DNA of 64,000 nt from Octopus bimaculoides. Taxonomy: Eukaryota. Under the pieces are notes generated by a model that saw only the letters and a program-made list of their open reading frames with translations, did not search any database and was not told the DNA's origin. Position numbers and translations under genes: made by a program. The stretch spans positions 70,065,638 to 70,129,637 of the forward strand of contig NC_068983.1 in NCBI RefSeq assembly GCF_001194135.2, in the 5' to 3' direction. Below, in pieces: positions 51,481 to 64,000 of this stretch; position 1 is the stretch's first letter, and each line of letters begins with the position of its first letter.

Positions 51481-54199
51481 AATGATAACAACAACAACAA
51501 CAACAATAATAATAATAATAATTCAAACAGTTGAAGGTACAACGGTCCCAGCTTTGATCATAGACCTGCTTGGTCAAGGCTGACTTGGGGCTAAACAAAA
51601 GCAATAACCTTGCACTGGCTAATGGAAAATATAGGCCATATAATTCAAATAAACCAATCCCTGTAGCTTGAATGAATCTTTTTAAATTAAGTTCCAGAAT
51701 AGTTTACTTTTATTATAAGCTCTAATTACATTGCCTTACTTCTCACTAAGAGAATCCTAGTTTGTTGACTATTGAAATTTGCTCTTATATATTAACTACA
51801 AAAGACAATTGGCGTAATACATTCTTTTATTGTAAAACAGTACTTATGTATATTAGATTTTGCTACCTTTCATAGTCATCTTATTAGATCAGTGTCATAC
51901 TAAGTCTTGACATCTACAGCAGTCTAATAAATCTATTCCAGTTTTATATATCACTGTGCTATTTAAATTCTTTTCCTTTTTATCTTAAACCAAAATGTTT
52001 ACCTATTGGAAAACATTTCCCAGAAGTTTCTAGAAAGAACACGAAATGAGTTTTCCTCTGTAATTTTATTTCACACGTCTAATCTTTCAAAACTTTCGCT
52101 TCTTTGGCAATAAATCAAATTTCTTTAGCAACAGAGATGCAGTCATTCCTTAATAGAATTGAATCGAATTATTCTATGTATACAGTTTTGTTAATACATG
52201 TAAATGTCTGGAGCCAAATTGATATCCTCACACACACACACACACACATGCACATACATGACACTCACGCTCCCATATGATTGTTGACATGATTTCATCA
52301 GCCTTCACTTCTTGTAAACTGATACAAAGATACACAAAGGTATGTCCATGTGTGTAATGCTATAGGTATCAGGCAAATACGTTATTACATCAACCTATAT
52401 CCATGGAGTATATAACCTAACTGAGTGGAATGCTCTGAATTAGTGGACAAGATAAAGTCCAAGTTACTTTCAGATAAAAATTACCTCATGTTTAATTATC
52501 AATGGTATTTTATTACAACACAAATATTCATGTTTAACATTACAACTTTTTATTGCTTTTAGGAATGAAGTAAACAGGCTTGTAGTATATAACCTTATTT
52601 TTAAGATTATTATTATTATTATTATTTATAGTAGTAGCAGGAGTGAAAGTTAACAAGGATGCAAAGTTATAACAGACTGAAATGGCAGAAAACTTTGAAG
52701 GTTGAGTATGAACATAGCTGCAACATTAACTATGGTAGAAAATAGCATTTTATGGAAGAGTGCTTCATTGGTTGTTGTATTCCAAATATGAAAATTGTTT
52801 GTGCACGGAATATATATATTTTTTTGTATGATAAATACTTCATGAAGAAGACAATAATGTATTTAACTCCACACGCACGTAAGTATATAAGTGCAGTGGA
52901 ACAGGTAACTGCTGACATTTTACCAAATGTGAGGAAATGTAGACTGAGAATGTATCAGAACTGTTTAAAACAAAAAAGATTTAAGTTATACAGACAGATT
53001 TCAGTATATACTTTAATGGATTTACAAATAGTTTTGTTTTAGACAAGTTTAGATGTTTTAGGTAGTTATAAATAGTACTGATAGGATATTGTTTCAGATT
53101 AAAATCCTCCTCTTTCTTTGTCTGGTTTTATTTATATTCCCTTTAGTTTTTGTTAAACACATTTCAAGTAATTTATTCTCTGCCTCCAGGTGGTCATTCT
53201 CTTTTGCTGCAAGAGTTAGTCACAATGGCCTAGAATATCAATGCTTTGATGGCTGTGGTGAATACTGAAGAGTAAAAGATAGGATCCTAGTTCCTGGCAT
53301 GCTAACATAGTGACACACTTTCAGTCACCACTTAAAACTACTCAACTTTTCATATGCCATCACTGACCTTTCTTTATTGCATTATTAGTATAATACCTAT
53401 TTCTTTCCCTCTAAAAATATAGAGTATTTGTGGTTAATCAGAAGGTATTATTTTCAGCAAATGGTTTAAAAAATATACCAACTCTCTTTTTCAATCTCTC
53501 TTCTTGTATGACTTAATTATCCCTCCGTCCTTCCTTCCTTCCTTCCTTCCTTCTTTCCTTCTTTCCTTTCATTCACACATCCCGCTTCTCTGTCTTTCAA
53601 TATTGTATAATCAAGTATATTACTAGTATTTAAGATTCAGACTGTGAAACACGAGATGAGACTCATTTTCCAAATATTAAAATTCTCAATCAAACATTTT
53701 ATCATCTTTTTTATTTGTCTCTCACTGCTTAGCAACCGATATTGGTTTGTTTGTGTCCCTGTAACTTAGTGCTTTCACAAAAAGAAACAAATAGAATAAA
53801 TACCTGCTATCAGCCAAAGTTAACTTGATCAAGCAAACCCTTTGAGGTGGAGCTCCATGTGGCTGCAACCCAATGATTGTGACGAGCAAAATTATAAAAG
53901 AATAAAAGAATTAGAAAAATAAAGAAATCAATAAGAGGTACCATCCACATGAAAAACAACTAATTTTGTGTTATCAAATTTAATGTAACAAGCATTAAAA
54001 ATCTAATTAGAAATATTTTTGCAATGAGTAAAAGAGGTTATCTCAATGACTAACATTATTTTAATTAGATATTAGTTATGGAATAATATTATTACTGAAT
54101 AGCAGTCTTCAAATAATGTTTAATGTGGATGTGTTATAAGAGCACTGTAATACTGCAGTATTTGTCCTGAGGAAACTTTTCATATAGATGTTTAATGTA

Positions 54200-55100
54200 T
54201 TGGGTCATCCTATAAATAATGCAATATTTTCAATTGCATGAGCTAAAGGTAGGAGGGGGATGGGATGAACTACCTGCATCAACTTGCTATAAAAGCAGGT
54301 AGTAAGTGTCCCTTGTCCTTATTCTTAGTGCAAGTTCTGAATAGTGCAGTTACTTTTTCAAGGCTATAATGGAAGTGACAAAGGAGCATATTCGGCATAT
54401 TTTGCTGTATGAGTTCAATAAAGGCAACAGCACAACAGAAAATGCAAGGAATATTAATGCAGTATTTGGGGATCAGACAATAAGCATAAACCAGTGTCAA
54501 CGGTGGCTCCAGAAATTCCAAGTTGGAAACTACAGCCTAGAAGACTAACCTCATCCTGGAAGATCTGTAGAGCTTGACGAGGAAGTCCTGCAAACCCTGG
54601 TGGAACAAAATTCCATTGTAACTGTTGAGGAACTAGCAGAGAAGCTTGGATTTGGTCAGTCAACCAGTCATTCAAGTCAGCACTAGAAGAAAGATGACCA
54701 TCTTCGGTTTCAAGACGAAAGGTGTTCTTCCATCTAGGATAATGCTCAGCCACATACAGCAATGATGACATTTCAAAGACTGGAATGGGAAACGATGCCC
54801 ACCCACCATATTCCCTGGACATTGCCCAATCTGATTATCATTTATTCTGCAGTCTTCAAAATCATTTGGACGAAGAAAATATGAATTCAGTAGATGAGGT
54901 CAGAACAGTACTTGAGAAGTATTTTTCCTCACTGGCAAGTGAATTTTGGAAGAGGGGCCTTGCACATCTACCAGATAGATGGAAGAGCTTTGTAGAAAAT
55001 GAAGGAGAGTATATTTTAGATTAAAAAAGAACTTTGTATATCTTAATTTTGAAAAATAAAATAAATATTAAAAAATTGCATTATTTATGGGATGACCCAA
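54200..55100 (+). mobile_element. Mariner (Tc1/mariner) transposon, internally deleted and non-autonomous
   Basis: TIRs ttgggtcatcc(t/c)ataaataatgcaat at both ends; TA duplication at 54198-54199 and 55101-55102; 901 bp. Confidence 0.95.
54369..55024 (+). pseudogene. Mariner transposase pseudogene
   Basis: MEVTKEHIRHILLYEF.KG helix-turn-helix start, DNAQPH, HPPYSLDIAQSDYHLF (YSPDLAPSD motif) and W..FVENEGEY end. TAA at 54546-54548, frameshifts, and loss of the WVPHEL / first catalytic Asp region near 54665. Confidence 0.9.
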
Positions 55101-57342
55101 TATAAATACATTGAGATGTTCATAGTAGAGAACTGTTCTGCACAAGTGATGGATGTGCTGTATCACATGGTTTTCGTGTGTTTTGTGGATACATGCTGCT
55201 TATGAGGTGCAAAACAACAAAATCATGTGATACAAAAGTTCCACTATTGGTGTGGGGACAGTTCTTGTCTGCTACTGATATCTCAATGCTTTTATGTATT
55301 AATCAGCTATACAAGAAGCTTTCTCAGGATGAATACTGCTGTATTATGGTACTCTTATAATATATCCCTATGAACTGTGCAACCCATGTCAGTATGGAAA
55401 GCAGACATTAAGCAATGATGATGATGATAATTAAATAGGATTTGAAAACTTATATCACTTTATTCATTTTTGCAGGCAGCAGAGTCAATTCTGGACATGT
55501 TTTGGTCTTATTAGATCTCTTCACTGAAGCGTATTCTTCAGCATATTTGTCAAAGTAGTTATAAGTAAAATATTGTAGATAATCACTAAGTACAATATAG
55601 TATATGTGTAAGTATCAAAAATTAGTATATTTAAAAATATAAACCTTAAGGCTAATTACTTAGAGACACCATTTGCATGAAAACGAATAGTTAAATTAAT
55701 GTTAACATATATAATGCAGTGTGATTCAAAAGAACCTTATTAGAAATACTTATGTAATGAAGGAAAATGTTTGCTCAATGACTAATAATATTTCAGTCAT
55801 TTTGGCAAGTGTGACAGATAACTCTAGATGTGTTTCAGTCTTATTGGATTTCCTATGTAACTGAAAGACTTCATCATACTTGTCCAAATAGTTATGAAGG
55901 AATTATAAATAGTTGTATAATATTTTATGCCAGTAGTATAAGTAATTAGTTTTAAAAAAATAATAAATCAGTAGAATGGCTTTATTATTAACTGAAACAA
56001 GAAAAAAAAATAAAAATAAAAATGAAAATTAAGAAACTGTAATTCATAAAAGTATTATTAGCTTTGTAAGATAAATACAAAATGTTAACAGTTATATAAT
56101 TAGAATTGGTTTGGAATGAATGTTTCTTATTTATCTGTGTATGAATTATCAAAGTTTTTCTTCCTGCAGTTGAGGAATCCTTATAATCTTCATTCTGTTT
56201 TAACATTACTGTATTATAGGTGATGACTAGATGTTTTAACTGAAAACTATCATTTACTGTCAGCTATTTCCAGCTCTTAATAATTGTACTTCAGCTCCTG
56301 CTAGTTTTGAAAGGTTCAAGAAGTGTATTCTAAATTAGAATCTCTTTTTCCTGCTGGCATGAAGACAGCCTTTTATGTGAAATCTGAAGATTCATGGATT
56401 TTCTTGTGAAAGATATAGCAATGATTTCCTATTGCCTTCTGTCAGTTTATTTAGGACAATGTCTACTCCCTATTGAGCTTGTGTGACACTATCTTGGGCC
56501 CAGGCCTCCTTTGAATTTTTTATGTCTTAGTTACAAAATCAATCTCTGACATTTAATCCTTACATGAAACCTTTGGCATATAGTACCACTCTGGTCAGAG
56601 TAGACTCTGTAGGGTAGAGATGACTTAAGGGTAACTTAATTTTCCCCCCAAAACTCTTGGATTTCCAAGCTGTACCTGGGAAATGAAGGGATGGTTGTGG
56701 ATGGAATGTCTCTAAACCTAAGTTTGCTTGATGAAGGATTATCCAAAGCTAAAGTACTACAACTATTAGTGCACCAACATATAGTGTTCACTCAGACTTT
56801 TCTGTTAATGTTACTATAATTTCTAGTCTTCTGAATTGGTAAGATGTATATCATTAAATATGCTCGCCTCTCCTTCTCTCATTATCCATGTTGTACTCTT
56901 CATGCCATCTCTAACACCTCAGAAAATTCTTTCTAATCATTTTTTTTTCCCATTAGAACTTCAGCCCTTTTCAACTAACTCCCTGCCCCAACCTCTCTTG
57001 ACAAATATCTGTTTGCAGGAGTTGAAGCTAAAGATCATTCTTGTTGTTGACCTTTTACATCTTGGAGAGCCTACAGTTACTATGGCAACTATATCACTAC
57101 TTTGGATTAAATTATGACTTTATCATAATGATTTCAGTTATAGATACAAGGTTACACTTTTGGTGGGTTGGGGGTGTTTAGTAAATTAAACTGACCCCAC
57201 TCTCAGGTACTTGTATGGTACTTTATTTTATCAATTCTGGAAGGATAAAAGTAAAAGTTGATTTCAACAGGATCTGAAGTCAGTATATAAAGAGATGAAA
57301 CCAAATAACCATTGACTCAATAATAATAATAATAATAATAAT

Positions 57343-57564
57343 TCTTTCTACCATAGATAGGCACAAGGCCCATAGTTTTATGGGAGGGGTCAAGTTCATT
57401 AACTCAACCTCAGGTCTCAACTGGTACTTATTTCATTGACCATGAAAAGAAGAAAGGCAAAGTTATCTTCAGTGGAATTTGAACACAGAACATAAAGAAC
57501 TGGAAGCAGTGCCACTAAGCATTTCGTCCAATGTGCTAACAATTTTGCCAGCTTGTTGCCTTAA
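57343..57564 (-). mobile_element. SINE family B between (AAT)n tracts
   Basis: Family B sequence; (AAT)n at 57319-57342 and about 57565-57600. Confidence 0.85.
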
Positions 57565-57609
57565 TTATAATGATAAATAATAATAATAACAACAATAATG
57601 ATTTCTTTT

Positions 57610-58058
57610 ATTTGTCATTGGACCGAGACCTTTGGAAATGGGCTGTGCGTGAGAAGACCCGGCAAGCCAAGTAAGATCGTTGCCAGTGCCCCTGGACTGG
57701 TTCTTGTGCGGGTGGCACATGAGATGCACCATTTTGAGCGTGGCCGTTGCCAGTACCGCCTGACTGGCTCCTGTAGGATTTTCAAGCGAGATCGTTGCCA
57801 GTGCCCCTGGACTGGCTTGTGCGGGTGGCACATAAAAGACACCATTTCGAGCGTGGCCGTTTTCGTGCGGGTGACACGTAAAAGCACCCACTACACTCTC
57901 TGAGTGGTTGGCGTTAGGAAGGGCATCCAGCTGTAGAAACTCTGCCAAATCAGACTGGAGCCTGGTGTTGCCATCCGGTTTCACCAGTCCTCAGTCAAAT
58001 CGTCCAACCCATGCTAGCATGGAAAGCGGACGTTAAACGATGATGATGATGATGATGA
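57610..58058 (+). mobile_element. Young family D LINE 3' UTR with internal repeats and (GAT)n tail
   Basis: Repeated cgttgccagt(g/a)cc...tgactgg/tggactgg...gtgcgggtggcac units, then cactacactctctgagtggttggcgttaggaagggcatccagc...cgttaaac(gat)n. CpG-rich. Confidence 0.85.
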
Positions 58059-58109
58059 TGTCATTGGGACATAGATTAAGGGGGCATCGCAAGGACAGTA
58101 TCCAATTTA

Positions 58110-59420
58110 CATAAAGATTAACATAAGAGATGAATGATTCTGGAAACAAAGAGGCTTGGAAATACCATTATGAAAGACTGCTGAACGTGGAGAATGAATG
58201 GGAGGAGGAGAGTTTGCCAAATGTTAACCCAATTGAGGGACCAGCTATCCAAATTGACAGTACTTTAGTAGATAAAGCAGTTAAGGATATGAAGACAGGG
58301 AAACCCCCAGCCCTTCAGAAATCACCACTGAGATGCTTAAAATACCTGGCAGTGTGTGTTTTGGTCTAGTCGCCCATATTGTAAATCAGGTGGTTCACAA
58401 AGGAGTCATATCCAATGACTGGCGTAGCAGCACCATAATGAACTGCTACAAAGGTAAAGGTGATGCCTTAGATAGAAATAATTACAGAGGTATCAAATTG
58501 TTGGATCAGTTGATGAAAGTTATGGAGAGGGTCATAGCCCAACTAATTAGAGAGAGAATTAGTCTAGATGAAATGCAGTTTGGTTTTGTGCCCAGGAGAA
58601 GCATCACTGATGCTATATTTCTGGTAAGGCAGCTGCAGAAGAAATACATAGCCAAAGATAAGCCTCTGTACTTGGCTTTTGTTGACTTGGAGAAAGCTTT
58701 TGACAGGGTCCCCTGATACCTTATCTGGTGGTCAATGTGGAAACTAGGGATAGATGAGTAGTTGGTGAGAGCTGTACAAGCCATGCACAGAGATGCCAGT
58801 AGGTGAGGGTTGGGAACAAGTACAGTGAAGAATTCAGAGTACAAGTAGGGGTTCATCAAAGATCGGTCCTCAGCCCCCTCTTGTTCATCATAGTCCTCCA
58901 GGCAATAACAGAGGAATTTAAGACAGGCTGCCCCTGGGAGATCCTCTATGCTAATGATCTTGTTCTTATAACTGAATCATTACCAGAGCTAGAGAAGAAG
59001 TTTCAGACATGGAAGCAAGGACTAGAATTGAAGGGCTTTAGAGTTAACCTAGCAAAAACCAAAGTCTTAGTGAGTAGGAAGGCAGACAAACCACAAATCC
59101 CTTCAGGTAGATGGCCCTGCTTGATTTGTAGGAAAGGCATTGATAGAAACTCCATAAGAGGCACCCAGTGTAAGCTATGGATACATAAGAAGTGCAGTGA
59201 TATCAGAGTAAATTTAACAGAGTAAATAGCGCTTGTGTGTGGAAGATGCACACCGAAAATGTATAGAAAATAGACTCCATCGACTGTCAATGGAGTAAGC
59301 TAGAGGTTGTAGATAGTTTCCATGTCATGCAAATGGCACCTGTGTCGGTGGCACACAACAGCACCCATTACACTCTTGGAGTGGTTGGCATTAAGAAGGG
59401 CATCAAGCCATAGAAACCAT
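58110..59420 (+). mobile_element. 5'-truncated RTE-type LINE with frameshifted RT and residual family D tail
   Basis: YKGKGDALDRNNYRGIKLL, MQFGFVP..SITDAIF.VRQLQ, AFVDLEKAFDRVP, GVHQRSVLSPLLF and ILYANDLVLI (YADD mutated to YAND). The tail gcacccattacactcttggagtggttggcattaagaagggcatc at about 59360-59420 links family D to this LINE. Confidence 0.92.
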
Positions 59421-61834
59421 TTAGATACAAATATTTAGATTCTGTTGTAAATACAGATTCCAACATTGTGGCCAGTTGTGAGGTAAATGCATGTCAATAA
59501 ATCTTTGCCTCATAAGAGAGTCTCTAGATGATTGTCCAGCCTGGAAGAAATAGCAGCTTAGTATCCCTTAAATTAATGTCCAGTTTTAAACAAAGAAGGA
59601 CATATCAGATAAAGCAGTCGTAGATATTCTTAAAATGATGAGATGGTCATGGCTGAAATACTTTTGACTGACTGTACTTGATCAGGAATAACTTATGGCT
59701 AAACAACAACAATGACTACAACTACAACTACAACCTGACTAATCCTCATGTTCTTCTCAAGTCACGTATAACAGTGTCACTTGATCTGGCTACTAGAATT
59801 CATTTAGGCTACTTATTTGTGTTACACTAGTAAGAAGTGAGGACCCTTGAAAAGAAAAGGTTTTATGAACCAATGTGAGAACTACTGTGTTATTTTGACC
59901 TGCATCAAATAGTAGTTAAATTTCTATCAAATCATATCACAACATCGTGAAAGGAAAGATGGCCATATTGGAGGAATTTTGGAAAGAATGTCTTTCATCA
60001 TAGGTCTGCTTGATCTGGGTTCCTTGGAGCTAGAGAAGAACAACAAAATATTTTTAGAGCCTGAATTCAATTGAATAATAAATTGCATCATCATCAATGA
60101 TTTCTCCAGTATTGACCTTCATTCTTATATATAAAGTGCAATATTGCTATTACAGAAATCCTGTTCTTGTTACTTTCATATTTCATATGTTCACAACATA
60201 TGTTCAGCTTTTCTAAATCAATAAAATTAGTACTCGTCAATCATTGAGATTGATATAATTGACTCTGCCCTCCTCTCCCTTCCAGAGTTTATTGTTTTAT
60301 TTCTGTCAGAAAACCTTATTTTAGTATCTGTTACATCTGTCATCTACAACATTTGGTTAGCCTTACTCTTTGCAAGAGTGGATACATAATGTGGAAGCTG
60401 ATTCATATTATTATCATTGTTGTTTAGCCTCTGGTTTGTCCTGATTGAGAAGTTCTATGATCAAATGCATTTCTATCCTGAGCATTCAGATTTTGTATTT
60501 TTCTTTTTCTCCAACAGAGTGCATATAGGTCCAAACCGTGCCAGCATAGAAAATAGATGTTAAAGGATGATGATGACCATCATCATCCAATGTGTCATTC
60601 CTGTTTTCAGATTGTAGGGTATGATTCAAGGGACATTTAGCTTCTATTTCTCAGAGTTCATGTAGCTATATAGAAGTTTCTTTGTTGGCTTGTGTTGACT
60701 TTCCTCTGTCATTGTATTTTTCTTTTTTAGAGGTGGCAGAGCTTTAGTTTTGCTAGACTAACAAAACAGGTTTCTCTCTGTATTTTATGGTTATATGGTT
60801 AGCAATATGGAAAAGTATCCAACTGTAAAAACAACTGCTCTTAGAAAATACAAATGACAGTTTTGTCCCATCCATCTAAGCAAAGAAAAATAGATGAGAA
60901 AAAGTTGAGAAAAATATATTACAACATGAAAGAAAAATTAACCATGAATCATTGATATTAAAAGACAATCAAACAGTAATATAAAAGATAAATGTTTGAG
61001 CTAACTGAATGCAATAACCTTTAAGATAAGTTATAATGGTCGTAAAATTCATATGAATTGCATGACTAATATGACTATATGAAGAGCCATGAAAACATTC
61101 TATAAAACAGAATAGGAAATGTAGTCAATCAGATCTTAGTATATTAACAAAAAACAAAGAAACATACACACATACTCTCTCTCTCTCTCTCTCTCACTCT
61201 CATGCACACACACACATGATTGACTCTGCTGATTTTGATGTGGGAGCATCCAGTTGCTTGATCAAATGGACAAGCTACTCATTGACTCAGTATATAATGT
61301 TGACAAGCATTCGATAGAGACATATATACCCTTAATGTAATTCTCAGGTGTGTGTATGTATGCATGTGTGTATGTGTGCTTGTATACATGTATGCATGTG
61401 CGTGGGTGTGTGCATATATATTTAATCACAACAAAATGGCCTGTTTTTATAATGTTAGCGATAAAACAAATTCCAGATGTAGCCATACAGAAAGTTCAGG
61501 AAATATTTTGTCAATATAAGAGGTAGTTATTGACTTAAGAGAAACATTTGAGTGTATACATGCAGTAATAAATTCATCACTGCAGAACAGGAAGGACTGT
61601 AGAGTTTCTTCTCAATTAATAAAATGAAATAACTGAATTAAGACATTAAGTGACCAATTACATTAAATCACATAATTAAGTGATACTACTTCCGCTGTGC
61701 TTTTCGCAATACCTCCCTCAACTTTCTCTTTCACTATCACCCTGTGTATTAGTCTCCCTCCTCTTCCATACACACTTATTACACATATGATGGATTCCCC
61801 TTCAAATTTTATATATGAACATGTGTGTGTATCG

Positions 61835-61908
61835 TTATCATCATCATCATCGTTTAACGTCCGCTTTCCATGCTTGCATGGGTTGGACGATTTGACTGAG
61901 GACTGGTG
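61835..61908 (-). mobile_element. Short family D LINE tail
   Basis: (CAT)n cgtttaacgtccgctttccatgcttgcatgggttggacgatttgactgaggactggtgaaacc. Older copy at about 62420-62600. Confidence 0.85.
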
Positions 61909-63234
61909 AAACCATATTCATATGTGAGCACAGTTACACATGCATACATATATATTCATATAATAATCACATGATCATATGATCAACCAAACTATTGGTT
62001 GTTGCTATACATCACTGGTCACTATAGGCTTTATATTGTTTTTAGCTTTTGTGTGATGCCACCCCACTGCCTTGGCAAGTAGGCCAACATTCCGCCTGAA
62101 TGGAAAAGCCAGTCTGTCTCAAGATTACCCATTTACAGATGAGTGAACTGGAGCAACAGGAAATGAAGTGCTTTGCTCAAGAACATAATGCACCATTTAG
62201 CCTGGGAATTGAAACCATGATCTAGTGATTATGAGTGCCACACACCTTCACATGTACATATGAAAATTTGTTGAGAGGAATATACCAAAATGTCTGGTGG
62301 CTTACATTTGGACCGCAAAGAGGAGTGAGGATACGTTAAATAATATACAGAATACATTCTTGATTGGTGACAATTAGTGTGTGTCAATATATATACATAT
62401 ACATACATATGTAACTATATCATCATCATCATCATCATCATTTAACATCCATTTTCCATGCTGGCATGGTTGGACAGTTTGACCAGAGCTGGCAAGCAAG
62501 AGAGCTGCACCAGGTTCCACTCTAATTTGACTTAGTTTCTACTTCCTAATGCTAACTTTTACTGAGTGTGCTGGGTGCTTTTTATGTGGCACCAATATAG
62601 ATGCTTTTATGTATATAATGTGTGTGTGTGTGTGTGTAAAGTTTTTTGCTTTTATTATCCAAAGGGTTTTTTTAATCCAATATCTACATGCTATTATTTA
62701 TAGCCTTATTTGCTTTGAGATTCACTGTTCCCAGAAAAAATTATTTCATGTTCTCTAAAACTTTATAAAAAATTCTTATCATGTCAATAACATTCTATTC
62801 TCATTGGTGAGAGTGAAGTTTCTAAAATAGATAGAGAAATGCAAAGGACTTCTTTGGTTCAAAGGCAGAATGCTTGTTATGTTTACAGATGTGGGTTTGA
62901 GTTTTACATGTAGCCTTTGACTTTTCTTGTTAAAACGGATTTTTAACCCAATATTTGCACACTATTATTTATAGTTTCATTTGGTTTGAGATCCACCATT
63001 CCCAAAAAGTATTACATTTTTTGCCAAACCACTGAGTTGTTAGGATGTAAACAAACCAACACCACTTGTCAAACTGTGATGGAGAGGTGGGTGGGAGGAA
63101 GTAAGTGTAAGAGGAAAGAGGAGGAGGGTTAGATGAAGAGGGGAGGAGAGTTGAGCCCATGTGGTGCAAAAGTGCAAAGAGAGATGTGGGGTTGGGAAGC
63201 AGGCTTCTTATCATACAACCAACTTGCAACTATG

Positions 63235-63328
<94 letters not shown>

Positions 63329-63330
63329 GC
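63235..63330. repeat. Compound (TA)n(GA)n microsatellite
   Basis: Direct reading. Confidence 0.95.
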
Positions 63331-64000
63331 ATATATGTATACTGAAAGCATGATATGTAACCAAATGTTTGGGTACCATAGGATATCTCACCTTCCACTT
63401 CTATATCCAGTGCAATTAGCCTGTGTGTAGAATACAAACTACTTTAGTAATATTGATAAAATACAATTATGCAGTTTTCCACAAATTAGTGTGTAATCCT
63501 GCCAATTAAGTAACTGAAACACAAGTATGCTTTATAAGGCATAAAATACCAAATGCATTAAATAATGATATATATCTTAATATATAAATCTGAAGTTGTG
63601 TGTTTGTGTGAAGCCTTTTTGAATGTTTATAGAAATCCACATTTTCCACTTTTTCGTAAAAATTTTTGCATCAATGGAATTTTCTCGATGTGAACTTTCC
63701 AGTGCAGTAATTAGATTTTTAAAATTCCGTTTACTTTGTGTGATTTAAGGGAGATTTGGCTGTTGTTTCTAGCAACTTTTATATTTCATCCCTTCTACCT
63801 GGAACGCCATTCTTACACACGCGCTCAACATAAAAATATAGAGAGTAAGAGTTAAAGAGGGAGAGGGAGAGAGAGAGAAAGTGATACATACAACGTCATA
63901 GATTAAAGTTTCATCTCAGTATTCTTTACCTATTTTTCATAACATAGATACATAAAAACACACACAACCACACATACATGACCTGTGACAACAACATACA

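Noticed and set aside
215-63437. Most supplied ORFs (HTHT, VCVC, YIYI, ERER, LSLS, IIII, YYYY runs)
   Set aside because: Translations of microsatellites and repeat consensus sequence; no domain content.
63577-63750. Possible Helitron-like 5' end (tatataaatctgaagttgtgtg)
   Set aside because: No 3' hairpin/CTRR end or second copy in the window to support it.

Overview
AT-rich eukaryotic genomic DNA, very probably from an octopus (coleoid cephalopod). The taxon is inferred from recognising the interspersed-repeat families, not from a database search. The window is dominated by microsatellites and repeats. These include several tRNA-headed SINE families, many short 3' tails of an RTE-type LINE, decayed LINE fragments (RTE, CR1/L2, Tx1, R4/Dong), a Penelope-like cluster at 15.3-17.0 kb, an internally deleted mariner with intact TIRs and TA duplications, and small foldback elements. 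There are three N gaps (8325-8334, 9252-9283, 13349-13358). No intact protein-coding gene, rRNA, true tRNA or CRISPR array can be supported, and almost all ORFs in the supplied track are microsatellite or repeat artefacts. A few minus-strand candidate exons with good splice sites (best: 23940-24073) suggest the window may lie inside a large-intron host gene that I cannot identify. I found no convincing new multi-gene system. The best leads are retroelement biology: a SINE consistently flanked by (ATT)n, a hammerhead-like motif in a Penelope terminal repeat, a tail-to-tail LINE foldback, and two adjacent near-perfect hairpins.
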